Part shown: in pieces, positions 14,301-26,800 of the stretch
Layout: every line of letters begins with the position of its first letter
Numbering within the stretch: the stretch's first letter is position 1
Assembly (NCBI RefSeq): GCF_002113885.1
Contig: NW_018404676.1
Coordinates: 92,948-156,947 of the forward strand
From: Mizuhopecten yessoensis
Lineage: Eukaryota
Direction of reading: 5' to 3'
Length of the DNA: 64,000 nt
Program-made: the position numbers and the translations under genes
The notes under the pieces: model-generated
Told to the model about the DNA's origin: nothing
What the model saw: the letters and a program-made list of their open reading frames with translations, nothing else
Database searches by the model: none

Positions 14301-15064
14301 GTATCACTAATTATACTCACATATCTGTGGAATTCCTTGAAGGAGTGAAACATGTAGAATCTGTGGAAATACACAACACCTGTACCACAGGTATCATATC
14401 GCCTGCCAGACTGTCAAGGATTCATAATTTAATGTACAATGCTCATGTTTATGCCATCTCTATATATTAAATTACAGCATTAAAAAGGGGGACTTGAATT
14501 ATTATTTCAAAGAGATTTTATCATAAATCTCATTTGAGCTTATATGAATCAAAACAATTTTCAATATCAAAAAAATCATTGTGTGCTTGGTACAGAACTT
14601 TCTAAAATGGCTACATTGAATGAAGAACTGATAATTAGCCAATGACAGCATATTGTGTTGTTGTTACATCACATTGCTATACCGTGTGATAACACAGAAT
14701 ACATGTAATGTTGATGTGTATTGATTTGCATTGGCGATGAGTACCTGGTATGACGTCTTTTTCAAAGAAAATCATACCTACGGAATTTCATTATATGATA
14801 TGAACAGGAAACAAATAAAACTAGTGGCTTTCTTAAGTCTGTGAATTGACCTTTACCATACCTCAATGTGCTCCTGTCACTGTGTGAATCTGACAGATGG
14901 AATAAATCTATTTATTACGAAGGATACAGTCCCATCTTGGTACCAGCATCAATGATAAATCTTGCTCCTTCTCGTCTATATCTAGCTTCTGTGCCAGCAT
15001 CAATACCATCTTGGAATGAAGGTGTATTTCGTAATTCTTTCTTTTCAAAGTACCAACACGGCAT
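8374..15064 (-). CDS. CCNK: Cyclin K
   Basis: Coding exons (minus): 15064-14928, 14402-14321, 13585-13454, 13129-13024, 11212-11155, 10735-10560, 9608-9463, 9228-8374; phases consistent. Protein [109 protein letters not shown], then a Pro/Gln-rich tail typical of cyclin K. Confidence 0.96.
11799..11909 (-). mobile_element. Dispersed repeat fragment, same family as 35920-36140 in opposite orientation
   Basis: GAGGAATTCGCAAGAGCTGCCTTATCAGGTGCTAACTACTAGTCCTATGCCACCTGGC... is a close reverse complement of 35920-36031. Confidence 0.75.
12113..12585. mobile_element. Non-autonomous DNA transposon (MITE), TTAA target duplication, Kolobok-like termini
   Basis: ttaa|AGGGGCTGGACGGGGAA ... TTCGCCGACCAGCCCCT|ttaa: imperfect terminal inverted repeat flanked by TTAA, no internal ORF, inside a CCNK intron. 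Confidence 0.75.
14403..14927 (-). other. U12-type (minor spliceosome) GT-AG intron in CCNK
   Basis: Minus-strand 5' site GTATCCTT (14927-14920), branch point TCCTTGAC (14420-14413) about 10 nt from the CAG, no polypyrimidine tract; splicing restores the frame KMGL|RYD. Confidence 0.92.
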
Positions 15065-16029
15065 GTCTGGAATTATGAAATAATATTGATATGATATGTG
15101 CAGCAGCATGTTAATTATTCATTTACCTTCTAATACACAAAAATGTATCGAATGCATTAATGTTTGATCTCCTGTCATTTCTTAGACTACTTGCAAAATG
15201 TCTTTCATAGCAATTCTATTCAACTTACCTTATTTAGTTTAGAAAATGGCAATAGAAATTATCAATGAGAAAAATGTTAATAAACAGCCAAACACAATAT
15301 TTTCAAATACATTTAGTTGTACAAAAACACTGTTCTAATCAATATTTGCCACTGCAAAACTTCAAAACATTTCTGAAAATGTTTTGCATACGATCCTTAT
15401 GAAAAATCTACAAAATTACGACTTCCGTAATCGTCGGTATCGACGGGGGAAGGAGAAAAGATGAAGAAGATGAAATACTGAAATAAATATGTCCAAAAGC
15501 GAAATAAGATGTTGTCGTAAGTTATCTCCCTTGATGCTATTATTTTGCGACGTCTTTTGTTTAAATATATCAAAAGTGGATAAGTATTGCCTTCCGGTGG
15601 TAAAAGAAAACAGAAAACTAAAAATTATCATAGAAATATGTCAAATTACCTACAATTCTCAATAAATCATCCGAGCTGTCAAATTCAGACGTGTAAATAC
15701 AGTAGGCCTAGAGCTGAAATAACAATTACTGTTCATGTTGACTGACTTATATTTGTTGTGACGTTCCATTAGAGACGTTACACATCCACATCAATATCAT
15801 CCATACAACGTCTGGAAAGAGATAAGCCCGTGGTATAAGTCCATGGTACACAACTGAAAATAACCTATCATGAGAATGGGCCGATGAGACTCGACCATTT
15901 GTCGACTAGAGGCACAGCAAAATATTACTTGACGCCGTCCCGTATATCATATATGTTTGAACCAAATAAAGAATTTTACTTAAAATGAATTGTGATAAAC
16001 AAAACCTATCAATTATGATAAAAAAATAC

Positions 16030-16368
16030 CTGTTGAGACTGTTTGAAGATGTTTGTTTTCCAAATAATCTTCACAACATGCGTCACAGTTCTCTCGCCGG
16101 GGAAATATCGTCAACTAGTCTGTAAGTGTCGCAAAACTTAAAACGTTTACAATGAATCGTTTAAAATAGATATGTATATAATGAAGGTTTAAAATACGAT
16201 AATGACATTAAGTTAAATTCCTTTAATAATAAATAAATTATTTTTTATAATTTTATGTTAAAATAAGAAGTTTACGACATACCGAAATGTGATGACGTAG
16301 TCCACACAGCCGCACTTGCTGAGAGAAGAACGTGAGTTGATGAAGTAGAATATTGTGCAATTTTTCAT
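16030..16368. promoter_or_regulatory. Probable bidirectional promoter with non-coding first exons of CCNK (-) and SETD3 (+)
   Basis: Both start codons lie just after splice acceptors (CCNK 15066, SETD3 17825), implying 5' UTR exons. Candidate donors face outward at 16029 (minus, CAG|GTATTT) and 16369 (plus, CAT|GTAAGT). The region is locally CpG-richer and has a CRE-like TGACGTA at 16293-16299. Confidence 0.55.
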
Positions 16369-17853
16369 GTAAGTAACTTTAAATTTACAGTGGAATAATG
16401 TCGAGATATTTCCTTAACAAAAGAGTTGACTTATTCATTTCAAATAAGAAAGATTAACAATTATGTGTGTGGATGCTGATTGATAGGTGCACCATTCTCA
16501 TTACAGTATGATATACCATGATACCATATAAGGGATTCATATAATCGGTCTACTTCTACAAACAAAATACTACATTTTGTATAAGCACGGAATTAGATTG
16601 GGTTATCTAAGTCCGCGGTATAAGTAATTGGAATTATAGTTATCACCATGAGGAGTAAAACTTACAGTTACTGACTTTTTACATATACACTTTTTGTCAA
16701 CGAATTGATTTCCTATTAATCTGAATATAAGCAATGACAAGTGACTACAATAGGATTAGATAACGCTTACTCTCCAAATACTTATATAACATTCTACAAG
16801 GGGGTTAAACCAGCAGCACAGACTCTCCAGTCGGATGCTATACTGATGAAGAAAAGAAAAACTGCATGAGCTAGTGATCAAGGAGACCTTTTACATTAGT
16901 CTTACACACATCAAACAAAAAAAGTAATAAGCATGCTACAAGTTATTCAGCTTATGCCATTAATTACAGCATAATATAATGACTAAGTTTTCTGGATGCT
17001 ATATATTATTATTGTATTCTGAATCTCTGATACCCAATCAGTTCATTTAATTTATGGTTGTGTCAGCAATGCAAGTTCCCCATAACTTTGTTAGCAAGCT
17101 TATATTAAATCCCAAAATGTTGATATACATTGTTGTATGCTTTGGTATCTGTCATCAGAGGATTGTTTATATTGGAACATGACAACATGCTGTTTTATTA
17201 TTAAATTTTATTAAACATGTTACAAAAATATACCAAAATTGTTGACAACCTAGTGAATTAGAGATACTTATAACTGCATACACATGCAATATCATTCTCC
17301 ACCAAATATATTTCTAAATGAGTACTAGTGAATATTCATTTATTTCTGTTCATTCCTTCCCAGATTTTTTTAATTCTAAAAATTTGTATTAAAAAAAATG
17401 TCAATTGCTTTGTTTTATGTAAACAATTTTGCAAAGTTTCTGGATCTTTGTTAATCTACATGCTGGAAAGGAAATTAAGTATTTACTATAACATGTAATA
17501 CCAAAATATTCATAACATAAAAAACAAGAAACAATTACATTATGTTGATTTTCAAAACAGAAAAAAATATATATAAATTTGGTTTCAAAACTTAAATTGC
17601 AAGAAACATTTACATTATACTGTGTTGATTTTGTGAAACAATAAGCAGTTTGACATCTGCAATAAGATATTCACTTTAGCCTCAAAACATTGAAATACCT
17701 GGGTGTCTTTTCATGCCTATAATATCAATAACAATAATGAGTAAAGCTCTGAAAGATTTCAGATTAAAATCGTGTCTAGTGCTCCAAAGTTTTTATTTGA
17801 TATTTATCTGTCTTTCTTATATCAGATAGTGTGTTTATCAGTTGCATAAGAAA

Positions 17854-20800
17854 ATGGGCAAGAAAAATAAAAAACAAAAAGATGCTGCTGCTGCTGCTGC
17901 TGGAAAGCGAGCAAGCACTCCTCCTGAATATAAAGAATTATCAAAGGCTTCAAAGAAAGAAGTGATGGAATTAGCAACAAAGCTGTTGGAATGTAAGTAC
18001 ATTGTATTCTCTCAACAAAGAATAATTCAAGTAACAACGGTTTTAGAAGGATATTTACAGGTACATCCTGAACATCATTTTCAAATGTTGATGAGTCCCA
18101 TTACTAAGAGTTGAGTGTCACAGATAAAGCACAAGTCCAGAACTTGAATATCTCTGTCACCAATATTGCTGAAATATGAGATAGAGATAACCATCACCCT
18201 GTTTAATACTACTTGTTGGTAAGAATGCAGTGCATTCCAAAGTGCACACCAAAGTATCTAATATAGAGTTCAATCAGAGATTGTGATACACGTACCCAGT
18301 AGTTCACCTTTAGTTAAATGGCAGGTAAACATTCATGTATGAGTGATAAAGTGTAAATAACAATGGCTCTTTGACGTGGTCTTGAGGATAATAAAATAAT
18401 AATGAATAATATTTATACTTCAGTGGAAAGTAAACATTTGCCATCACAGTTTCAAAATGATGATTGCTAGCAATATCAATATAAGCTTTATTTTGAATTG
18501 TCTCATTTCATCAGTTTTGATGTTTCAGTTTGTTCCAAACCTATTGCTCCTGGTCCAAAGGAGATAGAAGATTTCCCCGAGATTAACAGCATGGTGGAGA
18601 AAATCCGTAGCATTCAGACAGGTGAGTTACTGAACACTGTCCCTTATATATGATCATATATATAAACCTTGTGTCATTTACCTGACACCAGCATACTATC
18701 TTTGACTCACCATATCCGCTATTCTTGCTCATCTTTACTCTAAATTTGAACATCACACCAACATGTGTCTGACCATTAATTATACCAGTTGAACTTAACA
18801 CCATCAAACAACTTATTAAGATTCTCACATTAATCCAAATTGTGTCTCATTATTACACCAACCTTGACTCACCATCACATCAATTTGTGGGTCAACAGTA
18901 CAACAGTTTACAGCTCGCTATCTCACAAACGTGTGGCTCACCATGACCAACTGTCCATCCTACCAACTTGTGACTCACCGTCAATAATACTTGTGGCTTG
19001 CCTCACAAATATTTTGCTTTCCATGGCCTTTTGTCCCTCAAACTCAACCAACTTTTGACTACAGTAGTGAATTAATTTGTTACTTGTCAGTAAACACACA
19101 GAATCTTCATTTTCTCAAATACAGAAATTGGAAGACATGCTCACACCTAACAACAAATTAATTAAAGTGCACCTTAGTGAAAGAAACGAAATTGAAATTC
19201 ACGTAGTAACTGGTATTAGCATACAAGCAATAAACATACACATGTACTGAAATCTAAGTTTATTGCTCAATGAAAAGTCTTAATTTCGTTCTTTTTAGAG
19301 GCAACATACACTCAACCAGAGAGAGAAGCATGCATTCCTGCATTTATAGAATGGCTAAATAACAGCAAAGTGGACACATCTGCCATAGAAATAGAAAACT
19401 TCCAACATGTGGGATATGGCATCAAGGCTACCAAAGATCTCAAAGTATGTATGAAGAGAGTAATCACAGGATAAACCAAGTTGTTGGGGTGTTGTTGTTT
19501 GTTTGCGGGGGGGNGGGGGGGGGGGGGGGGTTAAAGCACATTTAAAATCTGTGAAAAACAGATATAAAGCTGATATAAGCCAAATATTTATGCAGGCAAA
19601 TGTCAATTTTTAATATTTATAGTTCATAATCCGTTGGTAGTGAAATTATGATGTGTGTGTGTTACCTTTTCTAATCCTAAACAAGAAATTAAGTCAAATA
19701 CATATCTGTAGCAGATTAGTATCAATAGATTTTAAGCCACTTTCTGTTCAGTTGAATTACAAATATTTCAATTGTAAGGTCACAATTGAAATACAAAAAA
19801 GTGCATGAAATTATATTTCTAAGATAAAACAAAAATCTTTGGAAATTAATCTTATCTTGATTCTTCATGAATTTATATATGACAATACATCTAAAAATTT
19901 GATGTAAGTAGTTGGACTTCACTTTTGGACATTTGTTATGACCATCTTACTTACATCTTCAATAAGATTCATCAGTTTGGAAATATGTGATATCAAAGTT
20001 TTACTTTTTTCACAAACAATGTACGCTTAATACGTACATTGTTTGTGTAAAAAGTAAAACTTTGATATCATCTTACTTACAACTTTCTGCCAGACTTACT
20101 AATACTTGTATTCTTTATTGGTGATGAAGCTGTTTTTGGTAAATGAATACAGGTAACCAAAGCTTAACTTAAATACTGAAGCTGGTATAAGACATGTTGA
20201 TTTGTGATTTGGTAGGAAATGGACCCTTTTGTGATTGTTCCCCGGAAGATTATGATAACAACTGACACAGCTAGAGCATCAGGATTAGGTAGGTATGGTT
20301 TACTTAATCGTAACAACCTACATCAACATCAGTGGACATTTGTTTAAGATTTATAATTTGCTTTTCTTATTTCTTTTTTTTTTAAAGAAACTGATGAACA
20401 CATTATTTGTCTATGTACACTGCTTAGATATATGGAAATTACAACAACAAATTATTCAGATTTGACTAGATTCACTTAGAGAAAAATATAATATATCAAT
20501 AGATACAGGTGCACTTAAATAAAGGTCACATAATATAATTCCTGTGTAAAGATGAAGCTTTACGCTGAGTATGTCTTGTTATATTTTGTTTGCAAAGCAT
20601 GATGTTTTATTAATACAAAAACTTGACAATTTATTTACTGTAAATGCAGTATTTTTACCCTACCAGACTATTGCCTTCTGGTCATTTTAAACAAAGTTGC
20701 CCAGTGTTGTATTTCCCCTTCTTTTACTTTGAAATTTTATAGCTGTGTACTAGTTTTTGCCACTTTATTGAATATGTCTTCTCATTCTAGGCAAAAAGAG

Positions 20801-23800
20801 CAAAGCTAGAACGGAGGTGAACTTTTCCTATTTTACTGTTTCAAAAGGCTATACAATTTGATTGCTGGCAGTGAGATTGTGTCCCATTTTTCTGTTGACA
20901 GATGCCTTGATAGCTGAGGACAAGATCTTACAGGCCATGCCAAGCATAGTGTTGGCGCTTCACCTCCTGTGTGAGAGAAGAAGTACAGAGTCTTTCTGGA
21001 AACCCTACCTTGATATCCTTCCCTGTCAAATGTGGTGCAGACCTGTGTCAGTTGCAGGTGTTTTTGCTTGGGAAGCACCTGTTTATAAAAGATAACCAGT
21101 TTGGGACTCTTTGATACAAAAAAAGTAAAATGTAGTGTACAAATCAAACTCAAACTCATCATGTCCAGTAAAAGTAAAGCTATAGAATGGATTTTTTGTT
21201 GTAACAATAAGGATTCTATAGCATATATGTACAAGTCAACTTGTATGAGTTAATCTATGAAGCACATATGATTTTATGTTAGCTAGAATCTTTTCATTGT
21301 AGTGTCAAGATAATTGTTTTTTTCCTTAACACTGCCCTACATATGCTTCCTAGCGGTTACACTACACCTTTATACTTCTCACCAGAAGAGCTGAATTTGC
21401 TGAAGGGATCCCCGGCCTACAGTAAGTACATTTACAGAAGGTTTAACAGATCAGAAAAAACCTGTGTCAAATAATAAGTAGGATAAATTTTACCTCTAAC
21501 AATAATATTACTGGCATTGTTTTGTATCTAAAACGATATATGACTACTGTCGTTGGGCAATGATGTCTTGTTTAACAGGGCAAAATGATTAGGCATACAA
21601 GTGTGTCTGAGCGTTTTAAAAAAATCTTGAGATCTTGCAAATTAAGAACCTTACATTATAATGTGTGTTGATTTTGGTTTTTTCAGAGGACTGTGTTAAC
21701 CAGTACAGAAACATAGCTCGTCAGTATGCCTACTTTTACAGGGTATTACAGGTGAGTTATTGTTTATATAGGCTATGATTTACAATTTGTGTCATTTGTC
21801 ATGCATACCTAATAACAAAAATTGTGAGGATCAACTTTATGTCATTAGGATACAAGCACAACTATTAATAGTAATTAGCACCTATATACTTCTTTGTAGA
21901 ATTTTAGAATGTGCTTGGGGGGGAAAAAATGCTTCTTTAAGGATTGTTTTCTCTTAACAGAACCATCCTGCTGCTGCCAAACTGCCCATAAAAGACTGTT
22001 TCACTTATGATGATTACAGGTAAGGGTTCAATCTGTAAATGTAATATTAGAGATGACGGAGATCTAACAATTACAATCAAAGTTCAACTGCAGATTTTGT
22101 TGTACAAATAAACAATCTACTTCAGTCAACAGGGGAGATAACCCACCCCAGTCTTGCATCTCCATAGGGGAGATAAAACCACCATAGCACTTCATCTCAC
22201 TCGAAGGGGAAAAAATCCTGTAAACTTCTATATCATACCTTAGTCAGTCGTTAAGTAACCTCTTCAGTCCTTACCTTGCTCAGAGTTGGGCATCTCATTT
22301 GTTAGGGGCAACACCTCATTTCAGTCTGTATGCATGGGATACAAGAAATCTTTACATTAATTCTAAAACATATGAAATAACCAATATCTACCAAAATGTT
22401 ACCTGGATCTACATGACAAGCCAGGTCCTTACTTTTACTGACAGATGGGCAGTATCTACAGTAATGACCAGACAGAACCAAGTGCCAACGCCTGACGGAG
22501 AGAGACTGACATTCGCCCTCATCCCTTTGTGGGACATGTGTAATCACTGTAACGGAACGGTAGGTAACTCAGAAGGAATAAAGTGGTTTATTACCTCGCT
22601 TAAAGAAAGAGTTATGTGAGTTTTACGTTGTTGCACAATATCTGTCATTCAAATTAAAAAAAAACTTTTTTTGGTGATTTATGATTTTATAACTGATTCA
22701 GTAATGAATAAGTTTGTTCATACCTGGTATTTTGACTAATTTGTTTTCCAAGATGGCCATCATATTATCCAGAATGGTAATTCCAGTTTGTATCATAATA
22801 AGCGAACCTTTACATTTAATTGTTGAGTTTGGGGTATCATGATGCTTTATCAAGCTGGCTTGTAATAATTATTTATTTTGACGATGTAAAGGTCAAGCTT
22901 TAAACCTGTCTGACAAGAGTAACATTATATATGGACCTGTCATATCACAACTTCTTTTAGTGGTATTGTCCATTTTTGTACTTTCTTGGTGAACCTGCAA
23001 ATGAGACAAACTATTTTAAAACCCTGTTAGAACTAACAATCTTGAAACCACAGTGTCAGCACTACTTTTCATGTTTATCTATCTAAATGAGATGGATAGC
23101 GCTGCTGTATATCACCAGCTGTTTGGTAACATGTGAATGATTGCTGTATGTGTTGACAGATTACTACAGACTATAATGTAGAGGAGGACTGCAGTGAATG
23201 CTTTGCTCTCAGAGATTTTACCAAAGGAGAACAGGTAATATTTCAGCTTGGAAACAAAAATTGAAATGTTTTACAAAAATTACTCATAATTGAGGAATAA
23301 TATTCATTGCAAAAATCCAATAATACTTCAATGTTACTGGTTTGGTAATTATGATCAAGAAAATTATTTTCATTAAATTTTATATTGGCTGCAAATTCTT
23401 AATGTTGAATTCCTTCCTACTTTACTTATATAATACATATGATAATTAGCAATAATAATATAATCTTCATCAAGATTGGAAAGGAGGGTGACCTTACATG
23501 ACATGCTTGTGACTAAAGAAGACAGGAGAGTCCTGACATGACACGATATTTAACTAGGAAGGACAGGAGTGTGCCCTGACATGACATGATTGTGACCTGA
23601 CATAACATGATAGTGACCTGACATGACATGATCCTTGACTAGGAAGGACAGGAGTGTGACCTTACATGATTAAGACTAAAGAGGATGGGAGTGTGACCTG
23701 ACAAGATTAAGAATAGAGAGGACAGGAGGGTGACCTGACATGATCAAGACTAGGGAGGACAGGAATGTGACCTGACGTGATTAATACTAGAGAGGACAGG

Positions 23801-26800
23801 GGTGTGCCCTGACATGATTAAGAGTGTGACCTGACATCACATGATTGTGACCTGTTATGAAAAGATTGTGACCAAACTTGACATCATTGTGACCTGACAT
23901 GATTAAGACTAGAGAAGACAGGAGTGTGACCTGACATGATTAAGACTAGGGAGGACAGGAATGTGACCTGACATGATTAAGACTAGAGAGGACAGGAATG
24001 TGACCTGACATGCTTAAGACTAGGGAGGACAGGAATGTGACCTGACATGCTTAAGACTAGAGAGGACAGGAGTATGACCAGGCATGATTAAGACTAGAGA
24101 GGCCAGGAGTGTGACCTGACATCACATGATTGTGACCTGTTATGAAAAGATTGTGACCAAGCTTGACATCATTGTGACCTGACATAACATGATAGTGACC
24201 TGACATGACATGAATGTGACTAAAGAGGACAGGAGTGTGACATGACGAATGTGCCCTGACATGATTAAGACTAAAGAGGACAGGAGAGTGACATGACATT
24301 ATTTTGACCTGACATGACATGATCTTTGGCTAGGAAAGGAAAGGAGGGTTACTTGAACTGACATAATTGTGACTACAAAGAACAGGAGTGTGACCTGACA
24401 TGAGTAATACTAGAGAGGACAAGAGTGTGACCTGACATGATTAAGACTAGAGAGGACAGGAATGTGACCTGACAAGATTAAGACTAGAGAAGACAGGAGT
24501 GTGACCTGACATGATTAAGACTAAAGAGGACAGGAGAGTCCTGACATGATTAAGACTAGAGAGGTCAGGAATGTGACCTGACATGATTAATACTAGAGAA
24601 GACAGGAGTGTGACCTGAAATGATTAAGACTAAAGAGGACAGGAGAGTCCTGACATAACACGATATTTAACTAGGAAGGACACGAGTGTGACCTGACATG
24701 ACATGATTGTGACCTGACATGACAAGATTGTGACCTGTTATGAAAAGATTGTGACCAAACTTGACATCATTGTGACCTGACATAACATGATAGTGACCGG
24801 ACATGACATGATTGTGACTAAAGAGGACAGGTATGTAACATGACATTATTTTGACCTGACATGACATGATTGTGACTAAAGAGGACAGGTATGTAACATG
24901 ACATTATTTTGACCTGACAATCACATGATTGTGACCTGTTATGAAAAGATTGTGACCAAACTTGACATCATTGTGATCTGACATAACATGATAGTGACCT
25001 GACATGACATGATTGTGACTAAAGAGGACAGGTATGTAACATGACATTATTTTGACCTGACATGACATGATTGTGACTAAAGAGGACAGGTGTGTAACAT
25101 GACATTATTTTGACCTGACATAATATGCTTGTGACTAAAGAGGACAGGAGTGTGACCTGACATCACATGATTGTGACCTGTTATGAAAATATTGTGACCA
25201 AACTTGACATCATTGTGACCTGACATAACATGATAGTGACCGGACATGACATGATTGTGACTAAAGAGGACAGGTATGTAACATGACATTATTTTGACCT
25301 GACATAATATGCTTGTGACTAAAGAGGACAGGAGTGTGACATGACATGATTAAGACTAGAGAAGACAGGAGTGTGAACTGACATGATTAAGACTAAAGAG
25401 GGCAGGAGAGTCCTGACATGACACGATATTTAACTAGGAAGGACACGAGTGTGACCTGACATGACATGATCTTTGGCTAGGAAAGGGAAGGAGGGTAACT
25501 TGACATGACATAATTCTGACTACAAAGAACAGGAATGTGTCCTGACATGATTAAAACTAGAGAAGACAGGAGTGTGACCTGACAGGATTAAGACTAGAGA
25601 GGACAGGAGTGTTACCTGACATGATTAAGACTAGAAATGACGGGAATGTGACCTGACATGATTAATACTAGAGAGGACAGGAGTGTGACCTGACATGATT
25701 AAGACTAGAGAGGACAGGAGTGTGACCTGACATGACATGATCCTTGACTAGGAAGGACAGGAGTGTGACCTGACATGACATGATTGTTACCTGACATGAC
25801 AAGATTGTGACCTGTTATGAAAAGATTGTGACCAAACTTGACATCATTGTGACCTGACATAACATGATAGTGACCTGACACGGCATGATTGTGACAAGGA
25901 AGGACAGTAGTGTGACCTGACATAACATTATTGTAACTAGGAAGGACAGGAGTGTGACTAGAGAGGCTAGGAGTGTGACCTGACATAACATGATTGTAAC
26001 TAGGAAAGAAAGGAGTGTAACTAGAGAGGTTAGGAGTGTGACCTGACTAGAGAGGATGGGAGTATGACCTGAAATGACACAGGAGTGTGACAAGAGAGGA
26101 CAGGTGTGTGACATGACATTTTTTTAACCTGACATGACATGATTGTGACTAAAGAGGACAGGTGTGTAACATGACATTATTTTGACCTGACATAATATGC
26201 TTGTGACTAAAGAGGACAGGAGTGTGACATGACATTATTTTGACCTGACATGACATGATTGTGACTAAAGAGGACAGGAGTGTGACATGACATTATTTTG
26301 GCCTGACATAATATGATTGTTACTAAAGAGGATCGGAGTGTGACATGACATGATTTTGACCTGACATGACATGATTGTGACTAAAGAGGACAGGAGTGTG
26401 ACATGACATGCCATGATTGTAACTAAAGAGGACAGGAGTGTGACCTGACATATTATTTTGCCACTTTTTGTTACGAATGGAACATGATACAATTGTGACC
26501 CCATTTCATGACATGATTTTAACATGTCAGGATCATGACTTAGATCCAAGGCAACTCCTGAACATCTCTTGTGAGGAAGTTTGTTGATAATATGAAAGCT
26601 TTTTTTAACATTTTGGTTTATACATATGTACCAATTTAATATGTAGGAAGAATACAAGAAAGATATCTGTGAAGATTTCCATGCTTTTCAGATAATGATA
26701 TTCTACGGTGCCAGATCAAATGCAGAGTTGCTGATACATAGTGGGTTTGTGTATCCAGACAATGAATGGGATAGAATAGCAGTTAAACTGGGTAAGATAC

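Noticed and set aside
18700-19060. Possible decayed RTE-type retrotransposon fragment in a SETD3 intron
   Set aside because: Only vague motif resemblance; I could not reconstruct a convincing reading frame.
21013-21095. SETD3 exon read-through DILPCQMW with a downstream GT donor
   Set aside because: No AG acceptor fits the next exon in frame, whereas the AT-AC U12 signals are canonical and restore the conserved sequence.
24057-26657. His/Ser-rich ORFs (MSGHNHV..., CQVTLLS...)
   Set aside because: Translations of the satellite in several frames, antisense within a SETD3 intron.
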